Under the pieces are notes generated by a model. That model was not told where the DNA came from, ran no database searches, and saw nothing but the letters and a program-made list of their open reading frames with translations. A stretch of DNA of 52,136 nt. Origin: an uncultured Desulfobacteraceae bacterium (GTDB lineage Bacteria; Desulfobacterota; Desulfobacteria; Desulfobacterales; JAABSP01). Of the stretch, positions 8,181 to 17,122 are shown piece by piece. The position numbers were made by a program, and so were the translations under genes. Numbering within the stretch: position 1 is the first letter of the stretch; every line of letters starts with the position of its first letter. The stretch is taken from positions 1 to 52,136 of the forward strand of contig CAYPCE010000002.1 of the NCBI GenBank assembly GCA_964409085.1, read 5' to 3'.

Positions 8181-11100
8181 CTAATTGAACAACCCCAACT
8201 GAACCTGCCCTTCCCTCTTCTTCTTTTTGTAAATCGGCGTTTCACGTTTCAGCAATCGGCTTTCGATGTCCGACACAAACGGCGACCGCTTCCGTTCCAG
8301 GGTGTTGCCGTAAAGGGTCCGCTTTTTCGACCAGGAGAGAACCAGTTGAGATTTGGCCCGGGTCATGCCGACGTAGAACAGGCGTCGTTCCTCGTCCACA
8401 TCCACGTCATCGCCGCCGGCCCGCTGATAAGGGATCAATCCCTCCTCGCAGCCCATAATGAAAACAACCGGAAATTCCAACCCCTTGGCTGCGTGCAGGG
8501 TCATCAGCGATACCTTCTGGACGTTGGCGGCGCACACATCCGGATCGGCGTCCAGAGCGATGGCGTCCAGAAACGCCGCCGCATCCCGGTGATGAGCCGC
8601 CGCGGTCGCCATCAGCCGATCATACGCATCCATTCGACGGTTGTCTTCAGATATGACCTCCCACAAGTTCAGGGTCCGTACGAGGCGATTCAGCCGGTCG
8701 GCCACCGGTCGGTCGGCGAATTCCTTTTTCAATTCGGAAAGGCCGTGCATCATCTTCTTGATGTCCTGTTGATCGGCGGTTCCCGGGCCGACGGCGGAGG
8801 TTGCGGCAGCATGCGCCAGGGCGTCCGGCAGGGGCATTCCGCTGTCGAAAAACCAGGCACGGAAGCGGTCGATCGTCGCTTTCCCTGCACGGAAATGCGA
8901 CAGGGATGAAACGGCTTCGAGATCCCCGAACCGGCCGAGGCCTTCCATGAGCCGCAGACAGGAGATCAGGGGCGCGATGCCGGGTTGATCGTAAAGGTGC
9001 TCCCGGCTGGCCATCTGATAGGGAATGCCGGCGCCGTCAAAGACCTCTGCCACGATCCGGCCCTGAACCTTTGTCCGGAACAGCACGCCGAAGTCGGAGA
9101 AGGCATGGTCGACCGCCCCGCCGTCGGTTTTCCCGAAATCGATGGCATGAAAACTCGACCCGCCCACCATCCGCTCGATGGTCTTCCCGACCGCCACGGC
9201 TTCGGCGCGTTCCGAGGCCGCCTCCCGGATCGTCAACGTGTCGATGCCCTTCAGGCCGGAGTACACCCGCGCCCCCTCGCCGTCGATGGCATGGTCCCCC
9301 AGTACCTGGGCCGAGGCCTCCAGAATGGTCTCCACCGACCGATAGTTTCGATGGAGGCGGATCAGCCGGCTCTCCGGAAAATCGGCGGCGAAGCGCTCGA
9401 AAAACCGGACGTCCGATCCCCGGAACCCATAGATGGACTGATCCGGGTCGCCGATCACGCACAACCCCCGTCCCTCCGGCGACAGGAGCCGGATCAACCG
9501 GTACTGACCGAAATTGAGGTCCTGGTATTCGTCCACGAAGACATAACGGAACCGCCGCCGGCATCGGGCCAGAAAATCGGGGTCCTCATCCAGTTTCTTC
9601 GCCACTTTCAGGATCAGGTCCTCGAAATCCCACCCCGCCATTCGGCTCAGCAGGTCCTGATAGATTCGATAGACCGCCCGAAACCCGTCCGGATCTTCCC
9701 GCGCCCCGGGTCCCGGTCGATCATCGGGTGTCAGCAACTGCTGCTTCGCCTCCCGGATCATCGTCGCCGCGGCCTCCGGCGAGATATTGATATCGCGTCC
9801 CTCTTTCCGGGAGCGGCGCAACGCCTCCCGGATGAGCAGCATCCGCTCGGCATCATCCAGCACCGACCCGGTCTCCCCGATCTCTTCTTTCAGGAGCCCA
9901 AGACACAGGCCGTGGAAGGTGGTCGTCAGCGGCAGCCCCTCTTCCGGGGAGAGCAGGGTTTCCAGCCGTTCCGCCATCTCCCGCGCCGCTTTGTTGGTGA
10001 AGGTGACAGCCAGGACGGCGTCCGGGGGGACATTTTCATCCCGGATAAGATGGGCGATGCGGTGGGTGAGGGTCCGGGTTTTTCCGGCGCCGGGGCCGGC
10101 GACGATCAGCAACGGGGCGGTGCCATGAAGAACCGCCTCCCGTTGTTCGGGGTTGAGGCCGTCTGTGATATTGCCGGTCGGGACGGGGTCAGCGCTGTTT
10201 CGGGCCGAATCCGACCCCTCCCGCGATGCCGTTGCCGGATCATCGCAGGTCGGCGTGCCGGGTGCCCCGGGCGGCAGTTGGGGTTGCCCCCTGGTTTTGC
10301 CGGCGGCGTTCGCCTTCGGTTTTCCGAAAAGGGAATACTGGCCCCGCCGTTCATCCCGCTCATCATCGGTGAACAGCGTGATCCGGCCGTATTCGCCGTC
10401 GTATCCCGGAACAATGCGGACCGTTTCGGCCCGCATGCGGCGGATCGCCTCGCCCAGCAGGGGAATCCCCGCCGCTTCGATGGCGTCGATGGGCGTTTTG
10501 AGCAGGATATCGAGTTCGGGGCCGAGGGCCCGCAAAAGGGCCGTATAGGGGGTTTGAACCGTGTTCGTTTTGGGCCCCTTGCCGAAAATCTCCGACAGGA
10601 TTTCCGGCAGGGGGATGATGTGGCGGCACGGCAGGGCCGTGTCCGGCCGCCGGCCTCCGGGATGGTCGGCGAGGGCCGCCGTCCGGTGCAGCACGCCCAG
10701 GGTCAGGGGTTTCCCGCATTCGGGGCAGCGGTTGTCCAGCCGCATGGACTCGGCGGGGTGAAGACAAACCCCGCATTTCCGGTGCCCGTCGTAATGGTAT
10801 TTTCCCTCTTCCGGGTAGAGATCGAGGGTGCCGAGGCACCGGGCGGGATCGCCGCTCTTCAGGGCCGACCGGAGGGCCGGAAAGGACCATTCCATGCTGA
10901 AGCGGTTGGCGTTCCGGCCCAGGGTGAAGACCGAGTGGGCGTCGGAATTGGAGACCAGCGTCAGGCCGTCCAGGGCCGACACCCGCCAGTTCATGGGCGG
11001 ATCGGAAGACAGGCCGGTCTCGGCGGCGAAGATCTCCGGGGTCAGGTCCCCGAAACAGTCCGCGATGGCGTCGAAGCCGGATTTGGAGCCCAGCACCGAA

Positions 11101-11609
11101 AACCAGGGGGTCCAGATATGGGCCGGGATGAGGATGGCCTCCTCCGACGTTTCCAGGAGAATGTCCAGCAGATCCCGGGCGTCCAGCCCCAGAATGGGGC
11201 GTCCGTCGGACTGGATGTTGCCGATGGCGTCGAGCTTCCGGTTGAACGTTGCGGCGGCGTCCAGATCCGGCAGAAGGATCACCTGGTGGTTTTTCCGCGT
11301 CCGGCCGTCCTTTTTGTAGATATTGCTGATCTCACCCTGGAGAACGAACCGGACCTCGCGCCGGCAGCCCGGAACAACGGCGCCCGCCCAGCTCGCCTCG
11401 ATGTCGTCCCGCAGCTTGAACAGACCCGGCTCGGCCGGAACCAGCTTTTCGGACAGCTCGGCGAACCAGGCCGGATGGGTGACGTCGCCCGTTCCCACCA
11501 GCGCGATGCCTTTCTGCTGAGCCGCCACATACAGGTGCTCCAGGTCGAGGGTTTTCGATGTGGCCCGGGAGTATTTCGAGTGGACGTGGATGTCGGCGAT
11601 GAATTCCAT
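8181..11609 (-). CDS. Fusion protein: N-terminal Endonuclease Q-like PHP-domain nuclease (with zinc finger) and C-terminal UvrD/PcrA-type superfamily-1 helicase
   Basis: Trimmed start MEFIADIHVHSKYSRA... (ATG 11609; alternative ATG 11627). EndoQ hallmarks appear in order: DIHVHSKYS, LVGTGD, GRP, PAHIWTPW, SNSDAHS, LGRNANRF, GKYHYDGH, CPECGKPLTLGVLHR (about 10681-10740), PGYDGEYGRI. A ~90-aa low-complexity linker follows. Then UvrD motifs: LNPEQREAV, Walker A AGPGAGKTRT (about 10080-10100), DEYQD, GDPDQSIY, YRS, and C-terminal TLHAAKGLEF...VGMTRA. The 72 codons upstream of MEF in the listed ORF look like off-frame junk. Confidence 0.8.
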   Translation of the reverse strand: MEFIADIHVHSKYSRATSKTLDLEHLYVAAQQKGIALVGTGDVTHPAWFAELSEKLVPAEPGLFKLRDDIEASWAGAVVPGCRREVRFVLQGEISNIYKKDGRTRKNHQVILLPDLDAAATFNRKLDAIGNIQSDGRPILGLDARDLLDILLETSEEAILIPAHIWTPWFSVLGSKSGFDAIADCFGDLTPEIFAAETGLSSDPPMNWRVSALDGLTLVSNSDAHSVFTLGRNANRFSMEWSFPALRSALKSGDPARCLGTLDLYPEEGKYHYDGHRKCGVCLHPAESMRLDNRCPECGKPLTLGVLHRTAALADHPGGRRPDTALPCRHIIPLPEILSEIFGKGPKTNTVQTPYTALLRALGPELDILLKTPIDAIEAAGIPLLGEAIRRMRAETVRIVPGYDGEYGRITLFTDDERDERRGQYSLFGKPKANAAGKTRGQPQLPPGAPGTPTCDDPATASREGSDSARNSADPVPTGNITDGLNPEQREAVLHGTAPLLIVAGPGAGKTRTLTHRIAHLIRDENVPPDAVLAVTFTNKAAREMAERLETLLSPEEGLPLTTTFHGLCLGLLKEEIGETGSVLDDAERMLLIREALRRSRKEGRDINISPEAAATMIREAKQQLLTPDDRPGPGAREDPDGFRAVYRIYQDLLSRMAGWDFEDLILKVAKKLDEDPDFLARCRRRFRYVFVDEYQDLNFGQYRLIRLLSPEGRGLCVIGDPDQSIYGFRGSDVRFFERFAADFPESRLIRLHRNYRSVETILEASAQVLGDHAIDGEGARVYSGLKGIDTLTIREAASERAEAVAVGKTIERMVGGSSFHAIDFGKTDGGAVDHAFSDFGVLFRTKVQGRIVAEVFDGAGIPYQMASREHLYDQPGIAPLISCLRLMEGLGRFGDLEAVSSLSHFRAGKATIDRFRAWFFDSGMPLPDALAHAAATSAVGPGTADQQDIKKMMHGLSELKKEFADRPVADRLNRLVRTLNLWEVISEDNRRMDAYDRLMATAAAHHRDAAAFLDAIALDADPDVCAANVQKVSLMTLHAAKGLEFPVVFIMGCEEGLIPYQRAGGDDVDVDEERRLFYVGMTRAKSQLVLSWSKKRTLYGNTLERKRSPFVSDIESRLLKRETPIYKKKKREGQVQLGLFN

Positions 11610-13078
11610 GGGAGGGCATTTAACCATAAAAAGGGGCGGAACACAACTTTTCCGCCGGATCGATCCGGCATGGATGTCCCGGTCTCCGGCGCCGTCTTCT
11701 CCGGCTCCGGTCTCTCCCCGGTTGACCGTGCGGCGTCGGGCGGAATCGTATGGCGGTTGACCCGGCCGCGCCGGAACCGGGACCACCGGAAATTCGCACC
11801 GGTCAAATCCGTTTCCCGGCGCCACTCCCCCCTGAAATCGGTGCCGCCCAGCGTGGCCGCCGCGAACACCATCCGCTGAAGGCGGGATGACCGGGGATCT
11901 TTTGTCATTGCCCGCCAGCCCGCATAGGAGGAGAGCCCCATGAACGCCAGGGCGGCGCCGGACACCGCCAGGGCCATGGACCAGTCCACGAACAGGCAGA
12001 AGAAGACCGCCAGCGATACGGGCGCCGCAATGGAACAGTTCAGGGTCCAGTGCAACCGGGATGCCTCGGAGAGAATGTCCCGCAGCGGTTTGACATGGTA
12101 CATCAGGATTTTCAATTCAAACAGAAAGACCAACACCACCCCCAGCGCCACCGTCGTCAGGGCGCCGCAGGTCGCGACGAACCAGAGGGGAAGCCCCACA
12201 ATCCGAGACATCGCCGTTCCCAGGACCAATACAAACGCCAGTAAAAGGGTCTCTTTCATCGCCACTATCCGCGGTGTCGCCCGGAACAGCAGCTCCCGGG
12301 GAAGATCGACGTGGACCCTGTTCAGGCAATGGTAAAACAGCACAACCGTGAGGATGATCTGAAACCAGGTGGACAGCCCGAACAAAGCGGTCATTCCCAT
12401 AAGAAACCGCCAGGCATCGGTGTGATCCCGGCTGAACGGTTTTGTCCACAGGAGGTAACAGGCGATGGCGATTCCGACGGCCAGACCGGTCTGACACAAC
12501 CATGCCAGGACCCTCCCGAAAAGATCGTATTGTTCATAAGGGACCGGCTCCGCCGTCGTCACGAATATCGCGGCTGAAATGGTCAGCGCCCCCGCGCCGA
12601 CGGCAGCCGCCAGAATGGCCCCCACGGCGACGGCCGCCAGGGCCGGGGAGAGATACATGGTGAGAAAACAGGCCAGGGTACACGCCAGAGCAGCCAGGCC
12701 GGCGATCACCCGGTCAAATCGGATGCAGAAGAAAAGGAACAGGGCGATCGCCGACGCAAAGCCGATGGTGCATAAAACCGCCTCACCCGCCCCTGCCCAT
12801 CCCAGGCAGCGGTCCAGGCATGCCTGCACCATGACGAACAGGGCAATGGCGGAACCGGAAAACAGAAAGCCCGACACCGCCGCCCCGGTCGTGGCGGCCA
12901 GATTCATTCCCCATTGACAGCGCCGTCGGGCGCCGATCCGGGCGCCGCAGAACCGGGCGCCGGTCAGCGTCGCTCCCCTGAAACTGACCCCGCGGAGGTC
13001 CGCGCCCGTGAAATCGGCATTTGACAAATCCTTGCCCGCGAAACACTGCTTTCGAAGATCCTGATGGGCAAAATTCAT
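11279..13078 (-). CDS. Polytopic membrane protein with pentapeptide repeats at both termini
   Basis: N-terminus KDLSNADFTGADLRGVSFRGATLTGARFCGARI (A(D/N)LXX pentapeptide repeats), then about 9-10 hydrophobic helices, then a second repeat patch GGTDFRGEWRRETDLTGANFRWSRF. The ATG overlaps the WD40 stop (ATGA at 13075-13078). The frame has no stop until 11279, so the last ~110 codons overlap the helicase gene and read like non-native sequence. The true 3' end is uncertain. Confidence 0.6.
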   Translation of the reverse strand: MNFAHQDLRKQCFAGKDLSNADFTGADLRGVSFRGATLTGARFCGARIGARRRCQWGMNLAATTGAAVSGFLFSGSAIALFVMVQACLDRCLGWAGAGEAVLCTIGFASAIALFLFFCIRFDRVIAGLAALACTLACFLTMYLSPALAAVAVGAILAAAVGAGALTISAAIFVTTAEPVPYEQYDLFGRVLAWLCQTGLAVGIAIACYLLWTKPFSRDHTDAWRFLMGMTALFGLSTWFQIILTVVLFYHCLNRVHVDLPRELLFRATPRIVAMKETLLLAFVLVLGTAMSRIVGLPLWFVATCGALTTVALGVVLVFLFELKILMYHVKPLRDILSEASRLHWTLNCSIAAPVSLAVFFCLFVDWSMALAVSGAALAFMGLSSYAGWRAMTKDPRSSRLQRMVFAAATLGGTDFRGEWRRETDLTGANFRWSRFRRGRVNRHTIPPDAARSTGERPEPEKTAPETGTSMPDRSGGKVVFRPFLWLNALPWNSSPTSTSTRNTPGPHRKPSTWSTCMWRLSRKASRWWERATSPIRPGSPSCPKSWFRPSRVCSSCGTTSRRAGRAPLFRAAGARSGSFSRVRSAISTKRTAGRGKTTR

Positions 13079-15366
13079 CCTTCCTCCTCCCCTTGTGCGG
13101 CGCGATCCCGCGGTGGTCGAACCGGAATCGGCGTTCTTCGGCCCGCCGTCCCCCGTTGAAGAAATGTGCCGTCATCGTACCGATAGGTCTTGCCGTCCCG
13201 CAGATCGACGGCGGCCCAAACCCCGTTCCCGCCGGCCGTAAAAACGGCCGCCAATTCGCCCGACGCCACATCCCAGAGGCGCAGGACATTGTCGAAAAAC
13301 AGATTACATGCGGCGATGGCGCGACCGTCGGGAGTGAACCGCGACTCAAGAATCAAACTGTTTCGACCCGTCTTCAACAATCGGATGGGGCGTCCGGCGG
13401 CCGCGTCCCACAGCTGAATGCCTTCTGGAAAACGCGAGGCCGCGATAATGCTCCCGTCCGGACTGAACGTGACAGAATAGGGGGCGATGCTGTGATCGTA
13501 CAGCCATTCCAAAGCCTTTTTTTGCGATCGATTCAACCAGCCGTTATTGCTCATCAAGTGCATTACAACGTCGATTTTCATGCCCACATCGTTCAGCCAC
13601 GGCATCATCCAGTTGCCGATTCCCTGGATCCGGTCCACTTCCTCTCTCCTATCCGTCCGCCAGATCTGGATGCCGCTGTAGGGCAGAACGGAAGCGAACC
13701 GCCCGCCGACCGGGCTGAACGCCGCATATGCGGGTGAGTAGAAACCGGCATCGAACGTCAGCCTCGGGCGACCATGATCATCTCCTATCCGTCGCAGTTC
13801 GGCGCCGGTCGCGACGTCCCACAGGCGGATGGTATTATCCCTGGCGGAGGACAGGAGAAATCGCCCGTCCGGACTGAAATCGATGGACTCGATTGGCCCT
13901 GGATGCCCCCTCAATTCCCTTATGGTTTTTCCAGAGCCGATATCCATGAAGGCAATCGGAAAATCCCCCGTGTCGCCGATCCTTCCGCCGGGCACGGCGA
14001 CGATCTTCCCGTCCGGACTGAACTGGAACACGCCGTCGCTTTCCGTTCGCAATTCCCGTAATGCGCTTCCCGTGGCCACATCATGGAAACCGAGCCTCCC
14101 GTCTCGAAATGCCGAAGCAACCGTCTTGCCGTCCGGACTGAACCGTACCGTCCGGCCGCCCGCGCCTTCCAGGCGTCTCAACTCCCGATAGGGATGTAAA
14201 TCCCAAATTCGAAGGATTTCATCGCGCGAGGTGGATGCGAGATATCCGCCGTCCGGGCTGATGTCGAGGGACAGAAACAGAATCCGGTGAGATGCCATCG
14301 CCTTGAGTTCCCGCCGGTTTTCCACATCCCAAAGATGAATTCCGGAATCGCCCGACCTGAACGCGAGGACCTTGCCGTCCGGACTGAAACGGAGGGTCCG
14401 GGCCCGTCCGTCCGTCGGAATGACGGCCGTCGGCCAACCGGCCACCATATCCCACATGATGATCTCATCACCGTCGGTGGCCGCGGCAATGGTCTTCCCA
14501 TCCGGATGCAGCGCCAGTTCGCCAATTCTCACGGAAAGATCCTCAAACCGAGCGACCACCAGCCCGGATGCCACGTCCCATAGAAACACCGAGCATTCAC
14601 GCCATTTTCCCGCGACTCGCGTCCCGGTCGATGAAAACCGCATGGCGCAATCGCAATAGTCAAACTGGCGGCGTTCCGTGTTTTTGCCCACGCCCTTCGA
14701 ATACCCTCTCCTGCTTTCATAAATGCACAGCGGCCCCGAAGCCCGCGCCAGCGCGCCGGTTTCGGCGTTCCAGACTCTCAGGATGCGGTCATGGGCGCTG
14801 GTGATCACCGCTTTACCCTTCGGCGCGAATCGCACTGAAGAAACGGTTTTGGGATGCGGCAGGATCACGGGTCCGGAGTGCTGGGCGACACGCCAGACGT
14901 AAACGGTATCCGCTCCTCCACTGGCCAGCGTTTCCGAATCCGGACCGAAGTCGAGGGAACCGCATTTCTCATCCTGCTGAAAATGGCGGATTTCTTTTCC
15001 ATCGCTCATCCGCCAGACCCGGATGCGCCCATTGGAAGCGCCGGCGGCGATCAACGTGCCATCGGGGCTGATGTCGACCGAATAAAGGCGCTCTTCAGGC
15101 GCGGGGAACCGGAAAATTTCCCGCCCATCGGCGACGGTCCACAACCGCACCCGCTCCGATCCGTCGGCCACAGCCAAAACCTTTCCGTCCGGGCTGAAGG
15201 CCAAATCGGTGACGATGCGCAACCCGAGGAAATCCGATATCGCTTCGGTCACGTTTTCGATGCGTTCCCCCTGGGGGACAAGGGGCGGATGGCTTTCCAC
15301 GGCCACCGCGGGAATGGGCGCCGACAGAAAAAAAGAAAAGAGAATCGTCAAAAAACGGGTGTTCAC
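13075..15366 (-). CDS. Secreted WD40-repeat protein (about 14+ blades, probably two beta-propellers)
   Basis: Many ~42-aa units with FSPDG...(L/I/V)W(D/R) signatures. Start re-placed at GTG 15366, preceded by AGGAAGG with a 6-nt spacer, giving signal peptide VNTRFLTILFSFFLSAPIPAVAV. The upstream 56 codons of the listed ORF lack any such signal. Confidence 0.75.
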   Translation of the reverse strand: MNTRFLTILFSFFLSAPIPAVAVESHPPLVPQGERIENVTEAISDFLGLRIVTDLAFSPDGKVLAVADGSERVRLWTVADGREIFRFPAPEERLYSVDISPDGTLIAAGASNGRIRVWRMSDGKEIRHFQQDEKCGSLDFGPDSETLASGGADTVYVWRVAQHSGPVILPHPKTVSSVRFAPKGKAVITSAHDRILRVWNAETGALARASGPLCIYESRRGYSKGVGKNTERRQFDYCDCAMRFSSTGTRVAGKWRECSVFLWDVASGLVVARFEDLSVRIGELALHPDGKTIAAATDGDEIIMWDMVAGWPTAVIPTDGRARTLRFSPDGKVLAFRSGDSGIHLWDVENRRELKAMASHRILFLSLDISPDGGYLASTSRDEILRIWDLHPYRELRRLEGAGGRTVRFSPDGKTVASAFRDGRLGFHDVATGSALRELRTESDGVFQFSPDGKIVAVPGGRIGDTGDFPIAFMDIGSGKTIRELRGHPGPIESIDFSPDGRFLLSSARDNTIRLWDVATGAELRRIGDDHGRPRLTFDAGFYSPAYAAFSPVGGRFASVLPYSGIQIWRTDRREEVDRIQGIGNWMMPWLNDVGMKIDVVMHLMSNNGWLNRSQKKALEWLYDHSIAPYSVTFSPDGSIIAASRFPEGIQLWDAAAGRPIRLLKTGRNSLILESRFTPDGRAIAACNLFFDNVLRLWDVASGELAAVFTAGGNGVWAAVDLRDGKTYRYDDGTFLQRGTAGRRTPIPVRPPRDRAAQGEEEG

Positions 15367-15622
15367 CGGGAACCTTCCTGACAAAATTTGTCGCCGATGT
15401 TCAAATTCCGACAGAATTTTCAACCGGCGATTTGCGGTCAAACCGGACCATTGGACGGAAAATCCATATTGGGTATGACCCCTTTTGTCCTCACGGCCGG
15501 CATGGGTCTCTGGAACGGGATCATCGTCCGTCATCCCTTATGCAAAGAATTTGCCAAGGCAGGTTTCCAGGATGTTGGGTGGTGCAGATTACACGGAAGC
15601 AGGGGATGGAGGTGCGCCGCCT

Positions 15623-17122
15623 TCATACCAACCATCCGAAAACGGACACAAATTCGGCCACCACCGTATAGCCGATCAACAACAGGCAAAGGAGTTGAAG
15701 CCCCTGCTTCCACCGACGGGTCAAGCGCCAGGGGGGCAACAGGAAGGCGATGAAGAACCCGCTGCAGGCGAAGAACAAGGTAAAATACTGTTCGTTGCCC
15801 TCCATCCAGGTTACTGCGAGGGTCACGACATAGGCATGTCCCAAGAGTCCCAGGGCGATGGTTTTCAGGTGCCGGTTGGCCCGGGCCAGGGCATAGATCA
15901 CCGCCGGGAGGGCCAACAGGAATGCGAAGGGACCGAACCCCGAGAGCGGGCCGTTGGGGGCCCAGACGATCCGGAAGGGGGCCGCCGCCCCGGCGCCACC
16001 GAACACCGGTTGCAGCAAGGCGTCGTTGAGCCATTGGAGACATCCGGATATGCGGAAATCGAACGCCGCGTTGCAGAGCCAATCCACGGGCCGGGTGAAA
16101 TGGGCGCTTTCCAGAAGATACCGGAAGCCGTTGGCCGCCGCCCCTTGCAGCCCGTCCGGGTTCGGGACCACGCCGGTCGGCGGCGATATCCAGGGAAGAC
16201 CGCGAGCCACATTGCCGGTGAACAGCCAGACCTGCGAAAACACGATCATCGGCACGGCCGCCAGAAGAAACGCCAGCCGGTTCCTGACGACCATGGCCCG
16301 CCAGATGAGGGCCCCGTGGCGGCGAAACAGGAGGATGGCGGCCAGGGGCAGAAGGATACAGGGAGCCGTCCCGCCCAACGGGGTGGCCGATACGGTAAAC
16401 GGAATCGTCATGAGCAAAAGGCCGAAGTCCCGGGCATCCGGTACTTCCACCAGCCGGTAGATGGAGAGCAGGCAACAGAGCGCCGCCGCCGCCGGAATGA
16501 TTTCCGGCCCGCAGGTCGTCGTCTGCCAGACGAGACGGGGCATGCTCATTACCACCAGGACAGCGGTGAAGGCCGTGGGCGGCCACGCATGCCGCCGGGC
16601 CAGGGCGTAGGTGAAAAACCCCACCGAAAGATAGGCCATGAAGCCGAGAAAATCCGGGCCGATGTTGTTGCCGAACCGAAGGAACAGATGGGGGAGGAGG
16701 GTGTGATTGACGGGCCGCAACAGGAGGTCGGAAGGGTCATCCAACCCGGCGGGAAGGATCAGGGAGGTGATCCCCAGAAAGAGCAGGATAATGGCCCACG
16801 GCACGGAAGCCCGGTGTGAGCGGATGAAACCGGCGACCGATCGGCCGGTTCCGATCATGGATTTCCGATGCCACCAGACAAGGACCGCCGCCAGGAGAAC
16901 CCCGAGCCCTTCCATCAGCCCGAACAGGACCGGAACCCCCAGCCATATCGCGCCCTGAAAAAGGAAAGAAAGGACCATGAACGCTGCAACGATCCCGGAT
17001 CCGGCGGCTTCCGCCAGGGTAAACCCCCATCGCCGGAACAGCCCGTAGGCCCCCATCGTCAGCAGCACCAGTTCGCCGGCCATGGCCGGCGCCGTCACCA
17101 GCCCCCACAGATCGCCATTCAC
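15623..17122 (-). CDS. Polytopic integral membrane protein of unknown function (at least 10 predicted helices)
   Basis: Strongly hydrophobic and helix-rich throughout; I recognise no family motif. GTG 17122 overlaps the stop of the upstream Cys-rich ORF (GTGA). Alternative start at ATG 17083 (MAGELVLL). Two other long ORFs in this interval (15485-16819 +, 15531-16586 -) are Arg/Pro/Gly-rich off-frame artefacts. Confidence 0.55.
   Translation of the reverse strand: MNGDLWGLVTAPAMAGELVLLTMGAYGLFRRWGFTLAEAAGSGIVAAFMVLSFLFQGAIWLGVPVLFGLMEGLGVLLAAVLVWWHRKSMIGTGRSVAGFIRSHRASVPWAIILLFLGITSLILPAGLDDPSDLLLRPVNHTLLPHLFLRFGNNIGPDFLGFMAYLSVGFFTYALARRHAWPPTAFTAVLVVMSMPRLVWQTTTCGPEIIPAAAALCCLLSIYRLVEVPDARDFGLLLMTIPFTVSATPLGGTAPCILLPLAAILLFRRHGALIWRAMVVRNRLAFLLAAVPMIVFSQVWLFTGNVARGLPWISPPTGVVPNPDGLQGAAANGFRYLLESAHFTRPVDWLCNAAFDFRISGCLQWLNDALLQPVFGGAGAAAPFRIVWAPNGPLSGFGPFAFLLALPAVIYALARANRHLKTIALGLLGHAYVVTLAVTWMEGNEQYFTLFFACSGFFIAFLLPPWRLTRRWKQGLQLLCLLLIGYTVVAEFVSVFGWLV

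Noticed and set aside
11610-11825. Upstream 72 codons of the listed helicase ORF (start at 11825).
   Set aside because: EndoQ-type proteins begin directly at the M-x-x-x-D-[IL]-H-[IV]-H-S motif. The upstream residues (MAPGNGFDRCEFPVVPVPARPG...) are non-native-looking, and the region is better explained as the pentapeptide-repeat gene in another frame.
15367-15534. Longer N-terminus for the WD40 protein (ATG 15534). Similar N-terminal extensions are listed for ispA (to 28175), the KaiC-like ATPase (to 41296), the AAA/PDDEXK gene (to 21574), the RHH antitoxin (to 21851), the pilin-fusion gene (to 49936) and the FmdB gene (from 50043).
   Set aside because: In each case an internal start has a proper SD or a stop/start overlap and coincides with the conserved family N-terminus or a signal peptide. 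The extension either overlaps the upstream gene or looks non-native.
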